A DNA stretch of 64,000 nucleotides from Amphiscolops sp. MND2022. Lineage: Eukaryota. The position numbers were made by a program, and so were the translations under genes. Shown here piece by piece: positions 23,946 through 34,445 of this stretch; position 1 is the stretch's first letter; each line of letters opens with the position of its first letter. The stretch is taken from positions 42,966,001 to 43,030,000 of the forward strand of contig OZ076421.1 in the NCBI GenBank assembly GCA_964187785.1. The letters run 5' to 3'. The notes under the pieces are model-generated. The model was given only the letters and a program-made list of their open reading frames with translations, was not told where the DNA came from and did no database searches.

Positions 23946-26031
23946 ACAAAGAGCAAGTCCTTTTAGAGCGGTAAAAACAACCGTAAGCTGAACAGATACG
24001 GGAAACGAAAGATTCGACGGAACGCTATATTACTGATTTCTTTCTCGAACCTGATTAACAGGAACGGAAAATTCCGAAGTCATGATACTTTTTAAAAAAA
24101 CTTTGAACTGTTGACCTCGAAAGTTATAAGTGGTTCTAGTATTGAAGAATACAAAAAGTAGTAACCGAACTAGTGTTCAATAGTAGCACCGATTGCACAA
24201 TAACGACGACATGACAATAAACTATCAATTTACGAAAACAAACGAAGGTGGGAACAATTAAATTATTTCAAATGAATTCATGAAAAGAACTGAGCAAGAT
24301 AAATTAGGTGGTTCATTGAAAGGCTGAATCAATCACGAAAACACATTAAAACATTTTGTGCAGAAGAATATATATTCCCTTATCGCTGTCAGCTTATAAA
24401 ACATCGAAATGGTCAAGCCGGTATTAGTTGGGCTTTCTTGGACTATCTTTTTTCTATTCTGGAGAAAAACTTCAAGGGGAGGTGGCCTTTTTTTACACTT
24501 TAAAGAGACGAAAAGCCTTACTCCGCACCAACTGGGTGCGGAGAGGGACCATCCTTGGAGCCCTCCAGCAGCGATGCCACCTGGGAAGAGAACCCAGACG
24601 ACGGCATACTGAGTTGGTTCTTTTGGGCCTTCAAGCTATCTGCTTATGGACTATGAATTTGGTGCTAGATCAATCCCCAGTGCTACAATCTGATTCCTTT
24701 CAAAAATATCTGCAAGATGCATTGCCAAATCGCCAAATTGAGATTCGCCAAATTGAGATTTTATTCATAATTCTATTGTCCAAGCAGAAAGCTTTGAAGA
24801 GGGGTCACCCGAGTTCCCGACAACATCATCTCTCTTGATGAGATCAGTTTTCACGGATGGTCGACTTACGAACAAAAGCCGGGCATATAAGGTGACAGCA
24901 TTTTGCGTCCAAACAGTATGCGGACCCCATGCGCATAAAGTTGGGACGCAAAACGGTGCCACCCAAGCTCTAGAATTCCTCGAAGGGACCAGCCGCGCTT
25001 GGTCTAGGAAGGACGTGGGCTGCTACACCCCCAAAGATGAATAGAGCAACCACCAGTCGGTCAGTCGAGTCTGCCACACCCAAACAGTTCGTTCTGGCGT
25101 ACTTGGGCCCATTGGCCCCTGAACGAACTACTACAAGACAAAGACAAGAGCAGTCAATGAACAATCATAGCAGTCAAAAAACCAATAAATCACAATCAAT
25201 AACAGTGAAAACTCAACTGATTTTTACCCGACAGCCTTCAGGCAGAAAAACAAAACGTACCTGAAAAGAAAAGAAGTAAAGAAGAAAAGAATTGGAAGTA
25301 GAGGGAATGTAAAAAATTTGAAGGGGAGCCTTTGTAGTAAAAAAGAAAGTTCGGAAAAATGTCCCATAGTGTCGAAAAAGTTCGAAATGTCTAACTTTGG
25401 ACCCTTATTATGTTTTCCAGGATGTCCGTTTGTTTGTTTTTTGTTTTGCACAAGGTTCTTTCGAGTGTTTTGAACCTCACCCAAGTTGTTGAACAAGTGA
25501 ACTGAACGAAAAAGTGGACCTTACGCGTCTAAAAAAAAACTACCCACTGTGAGAGTCGGGCACATTTTCTACTAAAATGCGCCGACTAAAAACAAGCCGA
25601 GAACGGCCAACGTCAGTGCCCCGCTCAAGGTTCTAAAAGAGCGAAATGTTCGAAATATTAAAGTGGCAACTTGTGAAACTTTTTCAGGTATCATACAGTT
25701 CCGAAAAATACCCTTGAATTTCAGAAAAATTCGCTACTTTCAAAAAAGTTGCGTACTGCGATCCAAACCTGTAACTTCAAAAACTCATAGGTATATCCTT
25801 TTTCAAAGGTTTTCGGCTGAGAAAGATATGTTTTTTTTTGTTTTTTTTCCAATGGTTTTCGAGTCTTATGCGCCCCTTCGGGTATTTATTGGCGAACTTA
25901 GAGGCGGAGCCGTGCTTCCCAAACACTTGCGAAGAAAGTTGCTAACTTTTGAAGAGAAAACCAAATAAGCAATATCATATGTAGATCGAACGGTAGAAGG
26001 ACGATGCTAGAATTTTATCAATGAACGTTTT

Positions 26032-26120
26032 ATCTAACATCTAGGTAGCGCCGAAGTGTTTGTTTTCAAATTGATTCAATTTGAAAAGATAAACACTTCG
26101 GCGTTACCTAGATGTTAGAT
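26032..26120. repeat. ~89-bp near-perfect palindrome (~43-bp arms, 3-nt loop)
   Basis: atctaacatctaggtagcgccgaagtgtttgttttcaaattg-att-caatttgaaaagataaacacttcggcgttacctagatgttagat. Confidence 0.9.
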
Positions 26121-26458
26121 CAAACCTTTCAAAATGTGAAGGGAGTACCCTTTGGCTAGATGCAAGTTTTTTTCCGAAAAAGACGCTTAATGCCGAAAAA
26201 ACCGCTGGTCTTTCTAACAACGATTGAGAACACAACAGTCCGACTGGGCCGAAAAACAAAGAGCCCATCTTTAAGACTCAGAAAATGATTTTCCGTAAGA
26301 GAAAAAATACAAAAAAATACTCAAGAATCTCTATATGACCGGCGAATATTTTCTCTCTGATATGGATGTCAAAATTGAGAGCTCATCAATTTCTTATTAG
26401 ATTGGCTCAGTGATTTGGAGTAGTACTCAGAACAAAAGTGATAGGTTTTATAAATAAC

Positions 26459-26980
26459 AACAAGCCGGGAACGGCACAAGTTGGCGCTACATCTAAGGCT
26501 CAAAAATAGCAAAAAGGACTTTAATGTGTCAAGTGTTCTCTTCTACAGTACCCGCGTGAGGAAAAAATTGATGAAATTCCGAATTTTTCGAATTTTTTTG
26601 GTCTCCGGTTAGTCGCATAGTGCCGAAAAATGTAAAAGGGGGCCTTTGGGAGTTTTTGAACATCCATTCTTTTGCAAAATAGGAAAAAATGAAGGTTGGA
26701 CCCTTCGGAGACATTTAAAAAATTGCGAAAAAAGTCTCACCAAGCCGAAAAAAAACCTGCACAAAAACTTTTTGTTCACGGGTGGGACTCGAACCCACGT
26801 CCTTCTGCTTGGCAGACATCAAAAACTATCCTAATTAACCTCTATGCTAAGTGGCAGTAGAAGTTACAAGTGTGACAGTTAGTGGACGCAGCTTACATAG
26901 CTTATGAAATCTGTCACTTCGTTGGTCTTGAAAAAAAGTCACTGCTATAGTCTGCGTTTTCTACAAAAATCGTCGACTAA
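26459..26980 (-). mobile_element. HINE family 1 copy carrying a tRNA-derived cassette
   Basis: Both termini are present. It interrupts a repeat whose empty-site version is at 28180-28400. A/B-box cassette at 26775-26856. Confidence 0.85.
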
Positions 26981-27180
26981 AAAGTATGAAAACAATATTT
27001 ATGAACAAATATACTAAGTTTCATTCGGATAGAAAATTGCATTTTGACAACCAGAAAGTTAATGAACTTCAAATTGACATTCAATATCACGCTACCTTCC
27101 TTTAAAAACTCCCACTGGTTGAAAATTCGGTATTTCCATTGACCAAATTGAGGTTTTACCACCACCCATTGAACCCTCTA

Positions 27181-27640
27181 AACAAGCCGGGACCGGCCCA
27201 AGTCGGCGCCATATCCAAGGCTCAAAAATAGCAAAAAGACTTCCAAGTGTCAAGTACTCTTTTACAGTACTTGAAAATCGAAATTTTTTGAAAAAAAATT
27301 TTTCGAAAAAATTACATACTCAAAAAAATGGACCGAGTGGCGCGCCGGGGCTCGCTAGCGCGAGCCCCTGGCGCGCTAAAGTCTCACAATGCCGAAAAAC
27401 TGAAAGGGAGGACCCTTTGAGGTTTTTCAACATCCATTCTGTCGCAAAACATGAAAAAATTGAAGAACACAAAAATTTTCATTTTCGGGAAAAAATCTCA
27501 CAATGCCGAAAAAAACTGACAGGGGGGACCCTTTGGGATTTTCAACATCCATTCTGTCGCAAAACATCAAAAAAAATGTAGGGGGACCCTTTGGGGAAAT
27601 TTTTTTTCGAAAAAAAGTCTCGCAGTGCCGAAAAAAAATG
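27181..27640 (-). mobile_element. HINE family 1 copy (5'-truncated) with GC-rich internal hairpin
   Basis: aacaagccgggaccggcccaagtcggcgcc terminus, repeated gggggaccctttggg modules, and a hairpin at 27340-27376. Confidence 0.75.
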
Positions 27641-27689
27641 AAATAGATGTTCGACAAACTGTCACAGCCTGACTCCGATATGAAGAGCA

Positions 27690-27995
27690 AAAACAATTTA
27701 AATTCAAACAAGACGCCCGGTAAGCACCGGGATATTTTCCGCGAAACTCTTATTGCAAAAAAAGTATGGCGAAGGAGAAGATCGAACCCACGACCTACTG
27801 GCTGGGAAACACGAAAAAATTTCAAACACCAGCCCGGGTTCGAACCCACGACCTACTGGCTGGGAAAGCAATAGGTGAAGTGGACTTCACTCGATGGAGT
27901 GGAGATAAAGTGGAGTTTTGGCAGAATTTGTAAAAAAAACGCGTCACATATTATGATTTTCCTCCCCCATTTATGTGGGCGGAAAATAACAAACT
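27690..27995. repeat. Dispersed repeat with tandem tRNA-B-box-like segments (related copies at ~46620-46790 and inverted at ~50300-50515)
   Basis: Two tcgaacccacgacctactggctgggaaa segments; shared attatgattttcctcccc...gggcggaaaata end. Confidence 0.6.
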
Positions 27996-29603
27996 ATCTG
28001 TCGAAGCCGTAAACAGTTGGTGATAGCTGCCCACAGACTTTTCCCATCTCAATTCAAGACCAAGTGCCCAAAAATCAAAAAATTCCATGATGATTGTGAC
28101 TTTCCAAAGAGCCCATGCCATCTAGGTCGTCCAATGGGCGTGGGGTTCTTCAGCTCGAAGGCTCCGCTCCTGGCCACCAACTCAAGAATCTCTATTTGAC
28201 CGGCGAATGTTTTCTTTCTGACTTGGATATCAAAATTGAGAGCTTATCAATACTTTATCAGATTGGGCACTCGATGGTTTGGAGTAGTGCTCACAACAAA
28301 AGTGATCGATTTTATAAATAACAAAATATGAAAATGTTTTTTCATTTGAATAGAAAATTCCATTATGACAATCAGAAAGTTAATGAACTTCAAATTATGG
28401 CATTCATTATGTCACAATCATTGTGTAAAATGTGCTGAAAAACATCAATGTGGTTCTATAAGCTCGTAAATTAAAGCTTCTTTTACGTTTTTTTTTCATC
28501 TCTTTTGGGGACCGTGCGAAGCGAAACTATGTTGGTCTGCAACAGGAATGATGGCCCAGAGTTCAAAAAGGCAATTTTTTAACGAGGGATAAGATAGTGC
28601 CGAATCGCTGCGGAGCCTCCTTGCAGTGTCAGTAATTTGTTTCGTGTCAACTAAATGTCAAAGGGCACTTCTCTTCAAAAATTTCAAAAAAAACACGATG
28701 CTGAAAATCCCCAAAGTGCCCCTTTATATTTTCAAGTATAATAATTTTGTCCAGCGCAGGTTTCGAACGCATCTACAAGGAGAGACACTCATTACGTAGA
28801 AAAACTCGCCTTAACCTCTAGACCAAGCGAAAAATACCTTCGAGCGATTTCAGTAGCTATTGGCTAAAAGTGGTTGAAGAAATAAAAAATAAAATTGGGC
28901 CGTCACGGGCTTGTTTTCGAAGCTCTATACTTTTTACTAAACACTTTTAATGAGTGATATGCTTATGTAATGTTACAATTTTTCATATATTGACTTAATT
29001 ACATCACGTACCTTATTATGGTGACAATGGTGACAATCTTTTGCTCTCATGCCGTTTTCGCCATTTTAGTTCCGTTAATTTTTGGTTGTGTGATCTTTTA
29101 CAGACCTGTACTGACAAATAATCGAACCTTTCGGTTGATTAAATGGTCACTACAGTTTTGATCCACTTTGATTCCCCTTTCTCAAGTTTTTCTTTGTGAT
29201 CTTGGTAGTTGATCTTAGTGATCTTTGTGACTTTTTCCATATACAGTCAACTGAAGGAATTTTTTTCCGCTTTTATTTCTAACAAAAAGTCGCAAAGTGC
29301 GGAAAAACACGACAGGTTACCTTTTAGGCTCGCGAAACACCTTTTCCGAACCAAAAACATCTCTGATCTCTATGGCTTGCTTGTCAAAATTACAAGTTGT
29401 AACAGACCGCTCTCTGCTTCCAAGTCGCTAACTGGTGTCTGATTTTTAATGATGTTCACATATCTAAACTGATACATGCTTTTGAATTTATAACCAACTC
29501 CTGTTTTCTTCATCATGCTTTAAATGCTTTTCCTTCCTATTGATTCCGTTATTTTGTTGTAATTCTGTTTTTCATGTATATTCACGCCTTTGCCGTTTTT
29601 CAG

Positions 29604-30720
29604 CATTTGGAGACCTGAAGACGATTTGCTTCTAATCGACGCCGCTTTGCAGACCAGCGATTTGTTCGCAGTTTTCTGTGCAGTCAAGTTTTCAACCCAC
29701 TTCACACTGAGAGAAGTCCAAGAACGCTGGGAGTCCCTGTTGTATGATTGCAACATTTCCAAAACTGCATTGGATCGAATCGGGAAACTTCCTATTGACA
29801 TCCGGAGACGTATTTTGAGCAAAGCGCTTTTCTCAGATTCCGAGGAACAAATTCTGATGGACATAAATTCAAACAACTTGCCATCGCTTGAAACCTTTCA
29901 GTCAACTTTGTTGAAAAACAAAAACACCTTTCATGCCTCTCGTACGGCGAAAGCTTTGAGGAAACATTGGTTGTTACTCAGACGTTATCAGCTACTATCA
30001 AATCAGGGCGTGAACAACCAGCTTAATCAGGAACAGTTCAGTGACGCAGAGGAAAGAATGGAAGAATCTGCGGTCGAAAGTGTGAACAAACCACAGTTCA
30101 ACGATCCTGTCATTTTGAACGAAATTGATTTAGCAGCCAGTAGGGCTTGCGAGGAAATCAAAGTTCTTGAAACCGAGATCCCAAGATGGCAATTTTTACT
30201 CACCCAAACCTCGGCAGGTCATAAAATGTCGGATTTCGACAGCCAGACTTTCGCAATACTCAGAGGGCGTTCCATCAGGTATTTCATGAAGAAACGTACC
30301 ATCACTATTGGGCGCACCTGTAAAGGACATTCGGCCGATGTTGATCTGAGTCTAGAAGGACCTGCCCATAAGATATCCAGGATCCAAGCAATAATCAAGA
30401 TAATCGATAGCGGAGTTTTTGTCTTCCAAAACCAAGGAAAGCGTCCTGTTTTCATCGACGGGCGTCCCGTGTTGCCAGGATCGAAAAGAAAGCTATTTGA
30501 CAACAGTGTGATAATTATTTGCAAACTGGCGTTACTGCTTTTGACAAATGAGAATTTGATATCCAAACTGCAAGACAATTTCAATGAAAAGATTCTACAA
30601 CAGTCTGCTACGTCTCAGAAGGCTACCGTGTCTCAGAAAGATGGGCCAAAAGCAGTTTCAGCCGAGGCACCGTCTTCGCAGAGTACTGTTGAGAACGAAG
30701 TGAAAGCAACTAATTTTTGA
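29604..30720 (+). CDS. MCRS1: Microspherule protein 1 (MCRS1/MSP58), MCRS_N plus FHA domain; 5' end unresolved
   Basis: WRPEDDLLLI..., VKFSTHFTLREVQERWESLLYD, FHASRTAKALRKHWLLLRRYQLL, FSDAEE, and FHA domain AILRGRSIRYFMKKRTITIGR...VDLSLEGPAHKISRIQAII. There is no in-frame ATG before the conserved block; likely acceptor at 29601-29603. Confidence 0.95.
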
Positions 30721-31558
30721 TGGATTATTTTTGATGAATGTATTTTTGTTCAGTTCCTTCACTCTTGTCTTCGTTGCCTAGTTTAATCATTGTCTGACTT
30801 GACAGTCTTTTAGATTTAATTTACTCACTTGAAAGTTTTGTCTTCTCGTTCAATTCAAACTATTCATCTACAAATCTGACAGTTAACTTTAAACTGGTAA
30901 ATCTTTTTGAAGACCTATTCAGGCATTGGATTTTTTGGTATGAACCGTTTCCGTTTCTAAATTGAAAATTTTGAAAGGTTTTTCGTTAATTCTATTTCGA
31001 TATAGTAGTGGAAGGGAAACGCTTTAATGCATGCAGTAGCATTTAAACCAATTATTAATTTAGTGAATTGACTTGTGTACTGAAAATCGTGTGTCGTGTT
31101 TTTCGTGTAGTTTCCCGTAGAGCATATTTATCGTGTGCAAAAAAAAATATCGAGTACGGTAATGTGTATCGACTGTAAAAATTTTTTCAAATTCAATTCA
31201 GAAGTTTATTCAAAAAAGACAGGACCGTGTCATCTATCCCCCCCCCCAAACTGCGGCGGGGGAATAAGACAGAAGGTTCAAATACCATTATGTCGACATC
31301 GTTTGCGTTGAAATTTTGGTCCAATAAAGTAATTGATGTCGACATAATCCTACCCATTACATTTACTGCCAGTTAAAAGTTGCTCATTAGATTTAATAGC
31401 GGACAAAATTTGTGCTGAACAAGGGGTCTTTTTATACGATTTTAGCTAGTTCCAAACGTGAATTACTGCTATTTTGGACAATAGCAAAAAAATTATAATT
31501 TTTTGCCTGAAGTGTCCAAACAGTTGTAGAGACAATCCTCTAAGTATTTACATTTTTA

Positions 31559-32516
31559 CAGGGCTGTTCACAATTAAAATGCAATCATTTTTTGCGTCTA
31601 CATTTTTATTTACATTCTTTAACATTGGCAACAATTATAATTGCATTTATTGTTACATTTTTTCTTATATGAAACAATATATGTAAAACATTTGAAACTA
31701 AAAGAACAACAGAAAGTCCCGGTTGACTGCCAAGAAAATTTGACTTTCAAGATGGTGTGGTCAGAAGTGCTCAAAAATTAATTGATGGGCAAAAAATCAA
31801 TTATTCAGGAAACAATTAAATAATTGAAATTACTTATCAGAGGCAATCAATTAATTGCAACAATTGCAAAAAATTGCAATAATGTTTAACACTAGCGCAC
31901 ACTTCGCTCACAAGTTCTTCGTCCCAGAATTTCCTATTCAGTTTCAGAAAACGTTGCATCTCAAAATTTGCTGGTGTCAGGCGTTGCCTGTTATCACTAA
32001 AAGAAAAGACTGTCAAGCTGAAAAATCTTTCAACCACGTTTGAGGTTGGCAACAGAAATCGTGAATGTAGCCATTTTTAATAATTTTCGAGGATTTTACT
32101 TTTTTTCGAGATAGTTTGATACCTTTTACATGTACTTGTCTGAAACAATTAATTGCAATTAATTGCTTGCCCCAAAAATCAATTCACTAATTGGTTTCAA
32201 ATTCCCAATCAATTAATTGTATGCAATTAATTGCGATTAATTGGAAGTACAATCAGTTTTTGAGCACCCCTGGGTGTGGTAGCATGGATTTTCTGTAGAA
32301 TGTCCTTTTCCAGACTTGAAATTTACTCTCCGTTCTGATACTTTCTCAGCGCTGTTTCAAAAACCGGCGAATGAATTACACAGTGAGGCAGGAACAAAAT
32401 GTTACATTTATTTACATGTTGCAATTTTTATTGCATTTTTCCCTATGATCACATTTTCTAGTACCAGTAGAAAAAAGACAATTATTGTTATGACAATTCA
32501 TTTTTGAACAGCCCTG
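31559..32516. mobile_element. Tc1/mariner-type MITE
   Basis: Perfect 12-bp TIRs cagggctgttca/tgaacagccctg; TA on the left flank, CA on the right. Confidence 0.65.
31762..32272 (-). mobile_element. Non-autonomous hAT element retaining a transposase dimerisation-domain fragment
   Basis: 8-bp TSD GGTGTGGT on both sides; TIRs cagaagtgctcaaaaa/tttttgagcacccctg; ORF PTSNVVERFFS...DNRQRLTPANFEM...LKLN. Confidence 0.9.
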
Positions 32517-33389
32517 CATTTTTATAATATTCTCTTAATAGTGAACTAATTTTATTCACGAACAAAATGTGCTTTCGTGTTGGGGGGGGGATACCCAACA
32601 ATGTGTACCTGGGGGAAATAGATGACATGGTCCAAAAGGTAATTTTAACAATCTATTCCAAATTCATTTGTAAAAGTCGGATGCGTCTGTCAGCTCATCT
32701 GAAATTATGATGAAAGAACATCCTTTCCACTGATCCTGAACTGGCCAGTTCTCCGGAACTAGATTGCTGCATTTTCTCGTGTATTTAATCGTCTAAATTG
32801 GTAGTTCGTGTTACGGTACGAGAAAATTCATGTATTCCGGTACTGTACATGTACCGACGTCAATTCACTGCTTGGAATTCTTTGTTGCTGTATTAATGAC
32901 TCCGAAAAGTTCCCCCTTTCTCCATCAGTTGTGACATTTTGATTTCCTTTGCGCGACAGGGGCCTGTTTATCAGATTTCAGGTTATTGAATTCATCAATA
33001 AAGACGCCGTAATGAAAACCCGCACTTTTACAGTGTTTAAAGCCGTGGCTTGCTAATGTGAAAAATGAATACGTCATATGCGCCCTTATTGCTGCTAGAA
33101 TTTATACCATTTTGTGCTATTCTTGTTGCCTCTTACTTTTTTTCGTTGGCATCGTTAATGACTGGCATTATTCGTGGCATCGTGTACTTCTGCTTCTTTT
33201 GTTCAGGTCAAACTTTTCTCAATTCCTATTGTTTTTCTCTTCAACCAGATCATTAGAAGGTGTTTCCTTGCAAAAGATTTTCAATAAGCTCTTTTTGCAA
33301 GCTGAAAAATAAATTGTAAAATTGACTTCAAATTAATTATTACAATGGACATCAAACAAACCATGAGACCAGGGTTGGCATGTTGTTTA

Positions 33390-33725
33390 CTTGTCAAAAT
33401 CTAAGTTAAAATCTCCTAGGTTAAAATCTCCCAAGTTAAAATCTAAACTTAAATCTCCTAAAATTAGAATAAAAGGAACTCATCGAAAAACAACTCGCCA
33501 ACTTAATTGAAGCGGAAAGCTGATCGATTAGGAACAAAGGCTAACGTCAATTTTCAACCATTTTCAAACTTAATTGCAAACTTTCAATGGCTGTCTCAGC
33601 TATTAATGCTTAATCAAAGTAACTTTCACACTATGAAATTCAATTTAGGAGATTATGATCTAGATTTAGGTCGAGGAGATTTTAACTTAGATTTTAACTT
33701 AGGAGATTTTGACCTGATACCGGCA
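33390..33725. repeat. Foldback-like element with inverted arrays of (t/g)taaaatctc motifs
   Basis: gtcaaaatctaagttaaaatctcct... on the left is mirrored by ...aggagattttaacttagattttaac...gattttgac on the right; termini unclear. Confidence 0.55.
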
Positions 33726-34445
33726 TGTTATTTAACACCGTTTTTAAACTACCTCAAAAATCGCAGTTTTTCGTTTTGGGAACAGATGTTTGTTGCATTT
33801 TTGGAGTGTTTTCCAATGTTTTCCAATATTGACGTCAAATATCATTTTGAAGCTCGTGAGACGCTATTTATGATTCAATGACTCAAATTTCAGCAAAGCA
33901 TCTTCAGCAGCGGCGAGTATGGCGAGAAATTTCAACCCTAGGTCTCACCTATGGGAAACTACGGGCGCAGTTGGGCATGAAAAAGCCGGGAAACTAGCGT
34001 TTCTGTTCAACGAATTGAACAAAAACTGAATGTCATGTTTTTTGTATCAGCTACGAAATAAATTACAAAGTTTTTTTTCGATAAAATACTGTTAGTTCAT
34101 CTTTGAAAATAACACATTACTAACCCTGCATGAGACGAAAAATTATTTTTCGACTAATGGATTTTTTGTGTTTCCAATTGGTGAAATTCGCGTAACCCTC
34201 GGTGTATCTTTCGGCGCTGAGAATCTGATAAAATTTGACCGTATCCGGATATTATGAAATTTGACCAGCTGATGAACTCCGTGAATATTGAACTATTAAA
34301 TAGTTTCTGCTTTGTGCGGTAATATTTTATAAAGCTTGTACATTTAGTTACTAGCTAATTATTTTTTTATTTTGTAATTTGTACGCCCTCGGGTAACAAA
34401 TTGATAAATTTTTCATTCATTCTCTCATTGATTGTAGATTGTACC

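Larger units (their letters stand above)
1438..25590 (-). mobile_element. Putative composite giant Helentron/Helitron2 (degenerate), bounded by HINE-family termini
   Basis: At 1438 is a family 3' terminus read on the minus strand (aacaagctgggaacggccaaagtcggcgc = terminal hairpin plus subterminal IR). An unpaired family 5' terminus (gcgccgactaaaa) is at 25579-25591. All coding remnants in between are on the minus strand and point toward 1438. The boundaries are inferred; a HINE split by insertions is an alternative. Confidence 0.5.
31222..32633. mobile_element. TIR element (GGACC-start TIRs), outer member of a 3-level nest
   Basis: ggaccgtgtcatctatccccc at 31222 versus gggggaaatagatgacatggtcc ending at 32633; TSD not clean. 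Confidence 0.6.

Noticed and set aside
24409-25264. GC-richer stretch with several short ORFs
   Set aside because: No motifs, no consistent frame and no termini; left unassigned.
29520-30584. Minus-strand ORFs 29520-29876 and 30219-30584
   Set aside because: Antisense shadows of MCRS1.
33125-33310. Exon-like minus-strand segment with AG/GTAAG borders
   Set aside because: Stops in all three frames; it could only be non-coding and there is no supporting evidence.
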